This document shows, one piece after another, positions 52,663 to 63,499 of a DNA stretch of 64,000 nt (its first letter is position 1; each line of letters opens with the position of its first letter). Source of the stretch: Basidiobolus meristosporus CBS 931.73 (taxonomy: Eukaryota; Fungi; Basidiobolomycota). Under the pieces are notes generated by a model. That model was not told where the DNA came from, made no database searches, and saw only the letters and a list, made by a program, of their open reading frames with translations. The position numbers and the translations under genes were made by a program. Location of the stretch: NCBI GenBank assembly GCA_002104905.1, contig MCFE01000175.1:62001-126000 (forward strand), given 5' to 3'.

Positions 52663-53919
52663 TCATCTTCTCCTGGGTTTTTTTCTCACAGGGATTACTA
52701 CTGAAGCATTTGGTAGTGACTCACTTTGCACACCTATACTACTTCCTGGCTGACTATCATCTTGGCTACTTGTGTATTTGTAGTCAGTATTTTGCCTCCT
52801 AGTTGATGAGTGCAATGCTGCAGCTTGGCCGCGCTGAATTGCTCCGACTGAACCAACTGAACCAACTGAACCGGCCTGTAGTGCCATGCGCTGACGCGTT
52901 CTTTTACTTGCCAAGGGCTCTGGTGGTTGAGTCACTTCATGTTGGTCATCATCAGTCAGTTCACCATAAGTAACTCGCTGATGGTCAGGCAAAACGGCAT
53001 GCGCAGGCACGCCTTGACGCGTTGAGATGGCCCTTGGCTGAGTTTGATGTGATGCTGCATGTTGACGCGACTCGGTCTGCTCCAATGGACTTGTGTCTAA
53101 ATGAGCAGTTTGGCGAGTTCTGGTAGTTTTGCTCTGAAGCACGCGCGTTGACTCGACGCGCGTTGACTTGACGCGGGGCGTTCTGGTAAAGGGTGTTGGC
53201 GTGGTCTGGACTGATGTGCGCCGGTGCGCTGTGGTTGCAAGAGATGGTAGGGAATCCAGCAAGGCGTGCTGGCGTGATCTGGACAATGTTGCTCGCGGTC
53301 TGTATTCTTCCTCCTGAAGCTCACCATCTGATTCCTCAAGGTATTCACTTACCCTCTGTCTGATACTTTGGAGCTGTTGCCTGGATGAGTCCTGTGTATA
53401 TTGCTCTCGGAAGCCACTTAGCTCTACTAATATATCACGTAGTACATTAGTCATTTGAGGCAAAAACTCATTCAAAATCTCTTTGGTTCCCAAAGTTGAG
53501 GCACGAACGGACGCGTCCGGCCCGTACTGTGCAAATTGCGCGCGAAATTGTTCCCGCATGGCTTCCTCATCAAATCCCCTCACTCTCAGCTTATTCTTGA
53601 TTTCAATACTTGTCTTGTTATATATCTTTTTACATACATCGGCTGGCATCTTGATGTAGAACTCATGCCACAGCTTTCTACTCAAATTCTTCCATCTTTG
53701 TCAACTCTCTGAGGTATCTAGTTCTGCTAGATTAATCAGTAGTGCCCAAATATCTGTATGAAGGCTCATCATAGACACTTGGGCCATACTAAAATCATTT
53801 GGCAAGAACTCAAACGGATCCGACATTGACTTTTCCGGTCCGGACCACGCTTGTGAGCTGGGGGATGGGTTTTGTCTGGGTTGTACTAAAGATGAGTTGA
53901 GGCTTGGTATGGGGACCAT
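52663..53919 (-). pseudogene. PHIS accessory ORF (418 codons) with a single in-frame TGA at 53701-53703
   Basis: ORFs 53701-53919 and 52663-53685 are in the same frame; read-through gives ES(R)QRWKNLSRKLW, then helical acidic and basic low-complexity segments. Confidence 0.75.
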
Positions 53920-54278
53920 AGCAACGGATTTGGATACTTATACAGCAGTATATTGGCATCAACCTGGTCTTATATGAAATATATATGAAAACTAAAGTGA
54001 TTGTTGAATTTTCCATATATTATGCATGATGCATCTTGGATCGCGTTGACACGGATCAGATCACATCAATCGCAGATTTCCTATTTGATTATAGACCTAT
54101 GATTAAAGCATCAATAAAAGTACCAAGGCATTGTTTGCGGATGATTTTTGCAACATAATGATGGGATACATGGCAATTGATGGAGATTTAACCATAATGT
54201 GTTAAAAATCAGATAAATAACGCAGATCGCGCCGAATCAATTCAAACCGCCTCCATACGATCATCCATCAATTTTAAT

Positions 54279-55163
54279 ATGACTTACTCATCTGAATGGT
54301 CTTTTCTCATCAATCCCATCACTACCACTGGATTTCCTTTTGACACACTGGAGGAGATCTATTCCTAGTACTGTGGACCATCAACCCCAATCTACTTAAG
54401 GAGATCCCTTGTTAAGCTTCTCTGCTATTACAAGAACTATTGCCCTACAAGGTCTCATCCCACCATCCATGGCAACAAAAGTCCTAGAAGCTTTCATTCC
54501 CAGCTGACAGCAATGGAGAACCACCTTGCAGAGGGTATGAATGACTTAGAGCAAGCTTGGAATACTAGGTTCAGAAGCTCCAATAGACTTCCATATCCCA
54601 GAGTGTTCAGCAACAGGTTCCATATCAGGAGTGTTTTGGATACCTTCCCAGTGAGGATTAACAGACCTTCTAGAGGGCAGAGGCACTTTTATTCTGGCAA
54701 GTACAAGGCACACTGTGTGAAGTTTCAAGCACTGTCTGACATTGAGGGTAACATCATCTGGTTTAGTGGGCCATTTGCTGGAAGTAGGCATGACAAAGCA
54801 CTCTGGGTAGAGAATCATCCTGAATTCAGTAGAGGGGAGAAATGTATGGCAGACTTGGCCTATATAGGAGAGGATTGTCAGAGATTAGGATGTATTACAG
54901 CTTATAGGAAGCCAAGGAATGGTGTGCTTAGCAGGAAGCAGAAGCTCTACAATGAGATATTTAATCATTTCAGAGTAAGGGTAGAGCACACATTTGGATA
55001 TCTGAAGAGATTCAGCATATTGGCAGGTAAATACAGAGGAAAGTCATATATAGGAGAAAACAGCAGAATAGGTAAAATAGTTAAGATACTTATCAATGCA
55101 CAGTATGTTCATACAAGAAGACATCCACTGAGAGAAATGTGTCTGGAGCATTATGAAGAGTAA
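54279..55163 (+). pseudogene. DDE transposase (DDE_Tnp_4 / ISL2-Harbinger type), 294 codons with a single TAG at 54366-54368
   Basis: VLDTFPV, FYSGKYKAHCVKFQ, GSRHD, MADLAYIG, RVRVEHTFGYLK motifs; upstream ATG 54279 is in frame with ORF 54513-55163. Confidence 0.9.
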
Positions 55164-57134
55164 ATAAAGCAAGGAAAGCACTATTCTGAGCAACATAAGT
55201 AAGATTGAGTAAAATTACCAGTAACTGTATCATACCACTGGCATCATGGTAGAAATTATAGTGCCAGATAGTGCCGTAGAGTGCCAGATTGATCCGGCAC
55301 TATAAACCGGCTGGCACTATGTGCCACTATCCAACAGAACAAGTCTAATATCTGCATTGGAGACACCTCAGCCATCAGCAAGCCAGCCGGCTTTTCTGTG
55401 CACAGTGGATGGTATTGCTGTTGAATGTGCAAGATCTAGGGGATTCATTCCATATCTGTCACATATTATTATTACCCAAACACCAACACTAGACACATGA
55501 TCTTCCCGCAGCAAGAATGTACAGAAGTCAGCATGCAATTGCAGCAAAGCTTGAAAGCTATAAGCCAGTGGCCAGAATATGGAATCACTTCAAGACTGGA
55601 GATACCTAAGATAGAAGGTATCTATTGGAGCAAAAGCTTTCCACTGGGAGCAACACATCTGCTTTTCAATAACATGCTTAAACTAATGACTAAGTTGTAC
55701 AAGGCGCATTTCAAGCTAAATGAGCCCTTTGAGATAGCAGAGAAATTTGAAAGAATTGGCAAGATACTACAGAGTATCTGCTACTCTAAGTACTTCTCAC
55801 AGGCTCCTCCCAACATTCATACATATACTCAATAATACAAATGCAAAGACTGGATTAACCAGATATGTATTTATTCAAGTGGTGTTCTGAAGCCATTCCC
55901 ACTAGGAGTACATTGGAAGCATTGGGAGTCATATATTGACATTGTAGGAGTATACATCCAGAAGTAGATCACCAATGCCAACTTGACACATCTACAGCTG
56001 CTGTGCAAGGAGTTTGTAAAGGATTTGAGTGGCTATACTACAAACATAAAGCTGAATGCATAGATCTCTGCCACTACTGTATCCATTTTCTACTCCATCT
56101 TGCTTGGCAAGTGGAGAATATAGGGTGTTGCTTCACCTGTTGGGAGTCTCCTATGGAGTGGAGGTGTGGGGAGATAGGAAGACAAGTTGCATGTACTACC
56201 ATATCCCAATCTCATTAAGAATATTACCTTCAAGTCTGTGAAGGATCTGATGAGTTGGTACATGGTGGATAGCCCAGAAGAGTTGGAGAATACTGAGGAC
56301 AGATGTGCACATGGAGACACCTATGCCCATGGCATTAGGAAGCTAAACAGCCCCACATCATGGGTAATCAGTTAAGTAATGCAAGTTGGGTTGAGTGCAA
56401 CAAGCAACCAATTTTTATTAGGAATGCTCTACCAAAGTATGACAGGTTTCTCTTGGTTGCAAGACACCATCTACATCATTCAATATGAAATTCACACAAA
56501 CAAGAGCCAGAGCAAACCTATAAGAGGGACTAGAATCCAGCAGGGAGAAGGGATATATTGGCCAAATACCACAAAGTTCTTTGCGGATTTTCAGGAGGTA
56601 TTCATGGTAGAAGTGGTGGCAACCAAGCATATGTTTGCAAGATGCATATGTTACCAGTAGTACAAGGTAAATGGCAACTTTGCAAGTATCACGCTACAAA
56701 GCTGTAAAGTTGAGGTAATAGAGGCATGTCAATTGCAGCAGGTGTGCACATTTGTAGAGGTAAGTAAGCAGGAGGCCATAGTTTTTTTTACTTGTATTTT
56801 ATGGGGAATACCCAAGGTGGTAGTGGGTAAGCAAATTAAGAGGGGTGATTCTATAGTGGAATATATGAATAGCACAAGGGGAGATAGAAAAAGGAAATAC
56901 AGTTTTGTAAATTGAAAAGGTGGCATTCTACAGAAGTAGCTATAGGCCACCATACTACCATTGTAGCACTATCAGAGGCTTGCAATGAGGCTATAAAAAC
57001 ACCATCAAATTATTTGCCATATATTGTAATTGGATGTGCTAGCCAGTTAGATCCACTCAAATAGTTGTAGAGGACATTGACACCACAGTAATGCCATGCC
57101 ACCATTGGCAAAACACTGCCCAAACACCATTATG

Positions 57135-60000
57135 TGTTTCAGTTTCAGCTTTGGCAATTTTGGATGCAGGATCACTGATTAGAATGGTGCTCATATTGCT
57201 TTGGGTATCAGAGATGAGAGTCTGTATAAGTTGACTTATATTGCATCATATCTGGAAGCCTATATAAGCAAATTATATGAAGAAACACCAATGTCTTGGC
57301 ACAGGAGATTTGGACATGTCAATTTTGATTATTTGTGCAAAATTATCAAAGATCTGCTAATTTCCAGAGAAAAAATTGATCCCCCAGCTAACATAGAGCA
57401 CTCTGAAGCCTGTATATATGGGAAATGTGCCAGACAACTGCTCAAGAGCTCTGGGTTAATCAAAACTCAGAAAAAACCAGATCTAATTCACTCAGATCTC
57501 TGTGGACCTATGCAAAATTTATCCATAGGAGGGATGAAGTATTTATTCACCTTGATTGATATATATACAAGAAACATGTGGGTCTACTTCATGGAGAGAA
57601 TGGAAGAAGCTCTTTCTAAGCTGGTACAGTCTAAAGCCATGGCAGAGAGAGAAACTGGTGAAAAATCAAGAAAATATGCTCTGACAGTAGTGACAAATAT
57701 GCTGCAAAACTCTTCATCCACTTCTGCAAAATACACGGGATAGAGTAAGACACTACTCTACCACGCTCCCCCCCCCAACAAAATGGAGTAGCAGAACATG
57801 CAAACAGATCAATGATTGATATGGCATGATCTATGATCTGTTATCAAAAATTATCCTATGATTTTTGGATGGATTCAGTTGCCACAGCTGTATAGCTTAA
57901 TTATAGGAGTTTTAACAGAGTACTTTGTGATTTTACTCCATTTGAAGCATGGCATGGATACAGACCAAGTGCAGAGCATCTAAGAATATTTGGGTGTATG
58001 TTATATGCCAAGAAACTGCCCAGAAATCAGTAAGGATTTGAGCCAAAAAGTGTAAAATGCATATTTTGGGGCCACTGCAATGAGAGTAAAGCATACAGAC
58101 TATACAATGCTAAAGCAAAGCTGTTGATCAAGTCCAGGGATGTGTTATTTGATTAAAATTCAAGATTTCCACAAAAAATGACATCAGATGAAGACAAAAA
58201 TCTGATCTAGAGTCCACCAATTGTCAAGATTGAATAAAAGCCAAACAATGAGATTTTTTTAACTTTGGAGGACTCTACAACCATGCTTCAGCCTGAATCA
58301 GTGCCCCAAAATCTCCCAGAAGTGGCTGCTCCCATAACAAATGCCAGGAGATCCCAACAGACAATAAATAGCCTAAATTACCATATCAATGAGGGTACAA
58401 ACTTAGCCTATGCCTATTCAGTTCATATTGATGAGCCCTAGACTGTAAAAGAGAACCTATATAGCCTTCTGACAAAGTTTTGGAGATCTGCAAAGGCTGA
58501 GCAATATCAGCCATAATGGAAAATCAAACTTAGGACATAATCAAATTACCAAGCCAGCAACAACCAATTGAAAGCAGATGGGTCTTTACAACAAAGTACA
58601 AGGCTGATGGTACAGTTGAAACACACAAAGCAAGACTTGTGGCCAAAAGATACTCTCAGATAGAAGGACTTGACTATACTGAGACCTTGGCATCAGTAGC
58701 CAAGTTTAGTTCCATCAGATTAATATTGTCTATTGCAGCCAAATATGAGTTTTTTATACATCAAATGTATGTAGAAACTGCACTTTTGAATGATGAACCT
58801 GATAAAGATGTGTGTATGGACCAGCCTGATGGGTTTGCTGACCAAGATAACCCCCATTTGTCAGCAAGCTTAAAAATCTCTATATAGTCTCAAACAATCA
58901 CTGAGAGACTGGAATTGCAAGATAGATTCTTATTTGAAATCTTTGAGTTTCAAAAGGAGTAATGCTGACTGTAGTATATACTATTTGCCAGATGGTGCAA
59001 ATCCAGTTCTATTAGCCCTATATGTGGATGATCTTATTATAGCCATCAATAACCTAGAAACCTTGGAAGAAACTAGAGTCAGCCTATCTGAATAGTTCAA
59101 GATGTTTAATCTAGGAGAACTAAGTTACTACTTACAGATAAAGCTCCCCATGGACATAGGTACCCACACTATCACCCTAAGCCAATCCAGTATACCCAAG
59201 ATATACTAAAGAAGTACCAAATGAAAGACTGTAAACCAGCAGCTACCTTACTGGAGACAAACCTCAACTTAGTCAAAACTCAACCAAATCAACAGAGCTT
59301 GATGCCATCTGAAAGCCCCAACTTTCCTTATCTATCTAGGGTCAGCAGATTGATGTATATCATGCTTGGAACATGTCAAGATATCTCATATTTTGTGGGA
59401 GCTGTCAGCCAGTATAATCAGAGTTATGGATCTTAACTTATTGCAGCAGTTAAGCAGATTTTTAAATACCTAAAAGGAACTGTTGATATCTGCTTATGGT
59501 AAATTGATAAGGATTCATAACAAGATCTTGTAGGATAGTCTGATTCTGATTGGGGATAAAATTTAAAAGACAAAAGATCTACCACAGGATACACCTTTTT
59601 CTACTACAAAGGAGCAATTTCAGGAAATTCAAGAAAGCAACCTACTGTAGCACTTTCTACCACAGAGACAGTGTATATGGCTGCCTGTGAAGCACAAAAG
59701 AGACCATGTGGCTAAGAAAGCTCTTTAAAGATTTAGGCTTATGTCAAAAAATGTCTATTACTTTATTTCCAGATAATCCAAGATGTTTACAATTAGGTAG
59801 AATTCCAACTTTTCATGCTAGAACTAAGCATATAGATATTAGACACCATTTCATACATGGAGCTATAGAAAATAGCTTGGCTAACTTAGCTTACTGTCCT
59901 ACAGATGAAATGATTGCCAACATATTCACCAAACCATTAGCCAGAGACAAGCTTGGATATCTTAGGTCAAAGTTAGGACTAGTTGGTATGAACATTTACT
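57135..60000 (+). pseudogene. pol: Copia pol: GAG-pre-integrase, integrase, RT, RNase H (multiple stops)
   Basis: WHRRFGHVNF, IHSDLCGPM, YSQIEGLDYTETLASVAKFSSIR, HARTKHIDIRHHFI, IFTKPLARDK. Confidence 0.93.
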
Positions 60001-60010
60001 TGAATGAGAG

Positions 60011-60357
60011 TGTTGTAAGAAGTTGTAATCTCACCTAAATATTCACCAAACTTTGCCACTTGGATCATTACCTTCAAAGCCTAGAGAAAAATGACCAAAT
60101 TCCTTGCTTGGATTTACTGGAATATCTCACCCAAATACCAGGTACCCAGAACATGAAAATTCTCAAAGTTGTCCAAACTTCCCCAAACTTTCCATACATT
60201 TTCTTGCAACCCTCCTACACCTATTCTACATGCATGTTACATCAAGACCATGTGAATGTATAAATATCACTTTTGCATTCAATAAATTGCCAAGGGAATA
60301 CAACATAATCTACTAGTTCTCCTAATCACATAAAATATCTCCATGACTCTTAGAACA
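60011..60357 (+). repeat. Copia 3' LTR
   Basis: Follows the purine tract GAATGAGAG; TGTTG...AACA termini; homologous to 39832-40180. Confidence 0.88.
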
Positions 60358-62339
60358 TACTCTCCACCATTGTCAGAGCATATTTTCTTGATTCTTTCAT
60401 CACTTTCTCTCTCCACCATGGCTTTAGACACCCAGAGCTTAGACAGAGCTACTTTCTTTCTGTCCAAGAAGTGGACGCATGTGTATCTTGTATTATCAAC
60501 AATAGAAATGAGTAAATACTTCATCCTGCCTAAGGATATGTTTTGCATAGGTCCACACAGATTAGAGTTAGATCTAGCTTTTTCTAGTTTTTACCAATCC
60601 AGAGCTCTTGAACAATTGTCTGGCTTACCTCCCATATATGCAGGCTTCACAGTGCTCTAAATTGGCTGGGGGATCTCTTTTTACTCCAGAAGTTAGCTGA
60701 TCTTTGATCATTTTGCACTAATGATCAAAATTGATGTGTCCAAATCTCCTGTGCCAAAGCTTTGATGATTCTTCATTTAAGTTACTTATATAGGCTTCCA
60801 GATTTACAGATTCTGATCTCTGATACCCAAAGCAATATGAGCACCATTTTGATCAGTGATCCTGCATCCAGAATTGACAAAGCTGAAACTGAGTCTTTCT
60901 GCTGTGGCCTTGCTTACAGATAGAAGGTTCTTGGCTATTTCTGGAACATAGAGTACTACTTGGAGGATAAGTGTGTGGCTTTGCTCACTGCTTCTAAGGC
61001 TTACTTGGATAGTTCCTTCTCCCACTGTAACAAGTGTTGCATCATCATCTATCAAAACCTTCTTAATTGGAATATCTTGATATTGGGTGAAAAGTTTTTT
61101 TTGGTGTGTTAAGTGTTGAGATGCTCCAGAGTCAATATACCATATCTGAGAATCCTTGTTTATGGTCATGCTTGGTGTAGATATATATAGTCTATCTTCA
61201 GATGTTGCAGTTTTTCATATTCAGTCTTCTTTGCTGATTATCTCTCTTTTTGGGACACCTGTCTGATATGTGTCCTTTCCTTTTGCAGTAGTTGCGAAAC
61301 AGGTTGCTATCACCTTTGAAAGGTCTTGGGTATCTCCTTTGTTGGTTATCATTGCTTATTGAAGCATTTTCTTCTTCCATCTTATTGGCACTTGATTTTC
61401 TTAATTCTTCATCCAGGAGCCTTCCATATACGTAATATAAGGTCAAATCATCAGTTCTGGACTCTAGGGCTGATACAAGGCCCTGAAACTTGTCTGTCAG
61501 GCTATTTAGGATGGTAACTATCACATCCTCATCAGTAGTTGGTATGCCCACAGATTCCATTTCATCCACCAGCAGGGTGTTTCTGTTAATCAGATTTTAT
61601 ATTTCTTCCCCTGGCTGCATCTTTGTAGTAAAGAGTTTTTGTCTCAGATACATTTCTTAGCAGCTGATCATGACTGATAGGTGTCTTCTAATGCCTTCCA
61701 CACATTCTTTGCTGTTTTTGCACTTGAGCATTGAATTAGCAATTTGTCTTTAACATTAAGGCAAATGCAGTTGAAGGCACCTTGTTCTTTCTTCTGGTGC
61801 TTTAAGGCTTCCTCTCCCTCTTTTTTAGGAGGGCATTCTTCTCCCATGATAATATCCCAAAGGCCTCTTTCTTGTAGCAGCATCTTCATCTTCACCTTCC
61901 ACACTGATAGTTAGATCCATCCAACTTTTCAGCAGAAGGAAAAATCCCAGTACTAGCAGTAGTAGGCATTGTGGAGAGTGACGGCTTGGGGCTCATAGCC
62001 TATTGTAACAGTCATGGAGATATTGGAAGTTATTTGGAAGGACAAGTAGTTTATGTGGTTTTCACTTTGTGATATATTGAATGTAAAAGTAGTATTTATA
62101 CTTTTACATGGTCTTGGCATTACAAGCATGTAGAATACGTTAAGGAAGGGTTCATCAACATGTGTGCAAAGTTTGGGGCTGTTTGGACAACCCAGAGTAT
62201 TCTCACAAAAATACCAGATACCCAGAACATGAAAATTCTCAAAGTAGGAATTTGGTCAGTATTCTCTAGGATTTGATGGTAATGATCTAAGTGACTAAGT
62301 TAGGTAAGTATTTAGGTGGAATTCCAAATTTTTACAACA
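60358..62339 (-). mobile_element. gag: Copia copy 1, 5' half (5' LTR 62001-62339, PBS, gag, protease, integrase start)
   Basis: WKVKMKMLLQERGLWDII, YCKRKGHISDRC, WYIDSGASQH, KKICSDNGGEY. Confidence 0.9.
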
Positions 62340-63081
62340 GTATCTTTGTAGTAAAGAGTTTTTGTCTAAGATACATTTTCTTGGCAGCTGGACATGACTG
62401 TTAGGTGTCTTCTAATGCCTTCCAGGCATTATTTGATGTTTTTGCTCTTGAGCATTGAATTAGCAATTTGTCTTTGACATTGGAGCAAATGAGGTTAAAG
62501 GCACTTTGCTCTTCCTTCTGGTACTTTAAGGATTCCTCTCCTACATTTTTAGGAGGGCATTCTTCTCCTGTGACAATCTCCCAAAGGCCTCTTTCTTGTA
62601 GCAGCATCTTCACCTTCACCTTCACCTTCCACACATGGTAGTTAGATCCATTCCACTTTTCATCAGAGGGAGAAGTTCCAGTAATAGCAGCTGTAGATAT
62701 TGCAGAGAGTGACAGCTTGAGGCTCCTAACCTGTTGTAAGAGTCTTGGAGACATCGGAAGTGATTAGGAGAATGAGTAGATTATGTATTTATCACTTATT
62801 GATCAATTGAATGTAAGAGTAGGATTGATACTTTTACATGATCTTGGTGTAGCAAACATGTAGAATAGGAGTAGGGAGATTCCAAGAACATGTGTGCAAA
62901 GTTTGGGGCTGTTTGAACAACTTTGAGAATTCTCATGTTCTGGGTACCTGGTATTGTGGTGAGAGTATTCCAAGTAAATCCCAACCAGGAATTTGGTCAG
63001 TATTCTCTAGGGTTTGAGGGAATTGACCCAAGTGACTAAGCTAGGTGAATATTCAGGTGGAATTTTCGAATTTTTGCAACC
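62340..63081 (-). mobile_element. gag: Copia copy 2, 5' LTR (62732-63081), PBS and gag start; interrupted by copy 1
   Basis: KWNGSNYHVWKVKVKVKMLLQERGLWEIV; GGTTAGGAGCCT PBS variant. Confidence 0.87.
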
Positions 63082-63194
63082 AATATTACAAGCAACTTTG
63101 ATGGCAGTATTTGTAGTACCAGATTGATTATCATTCTATATAGCATTTGAAAGTAGTTTGATGCCTATGTTCTTGTAAATAGGAATATCTGGAG

Positions 63195-63337
63195 GACAAT
63201 GTTCTGGGTACCTGGTGTTTTGGTGAGAATACTCACAGTGCCAACAAGGAACCTGGTTAGAAACCCCTAAGATTTGTAGGCAAAATCCAAGTGATCAAGT
63301 TGGGTGAATATCTGGGTGTAATACAAGATCCACAACA
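63195..63337 (-). repeat. Fragment of another copia-family 3' LTR with PPT
   Basis: ATGTTCTGGGTACCTGGT core; GGTGGGAG|TGTTG junction on the minus strand. Confidence 0.55.
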
Positions 63338-63499
63338 CTCCCACCAAACCATGACCCTAACATGGCTAATGTGCTCCACGCAGGCAGACCTGCCCATTCC
63401 AACACTACTGTATAAGATAGTGGGTGACAAGCCTTGTTACAAGGTTGGGGGTGGAATGAGGAGCTTGGTTGGTATTCATATGACTGCAGCCTGAACTGG

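Larger units (their letters stand above)
51920..55346 (+). mobile_element. PIF/Harbinger-superfamily (PHIS, Pangu-like) DNA transposon, near-intact, 3427 bp, 3-bp TSD AAT
   Basis: Imperfect TIRs AGAATTGTTCC / AGACTTGTTCT; AAT at 51917-51919 and 55347-55349; excision restores host KAYVNICIGDT; two divergent ORFs. Confidence 0.9.
47091..57120 (+). mobile_element. Most complete CACTA-like copy (both tips missing), hosting solo LTRs A4 and X2 and the PHIS element
   Basis: Accessory gene ~47112-50495 (-), 127-bp spacer, transposase from ATG 50623 to ~57000 (+) with Tnp2 motifs (ORF 51339-51845; NICIGDTSAISK across the PHIS site) and DUF4218-like VENIGCCFTCWESPME. Confidence 0.82.
39832..60357 (+). 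mobile_element. Ty1/copia element expanded to 20.5 kb by nested insertions; TSD TATTC/TACTC
   Basis: 5' LTR 39832-40180, PBS, gag/protease to ~41070, pol 57135-60000, PPT, 3' LTR 60011-60357; removal restores DNGGEYTSKLF in the host integrase. Confidence 0.85.

Noticed and set aside
53097-53348. Shadow or alternate-frame ORFs (also 54546-54818, 628-849, 1145-1348)
   Set aside because: They overlap better-supported TE reading frames and show no motifs
54513-55163. Bacterial IS5/ISL2 insertion or contamination
   Set aside because: It sits in an element with a clean TSD inside a eukaryotic CACTA transposase, and has decayed copies and a MITE in the same window
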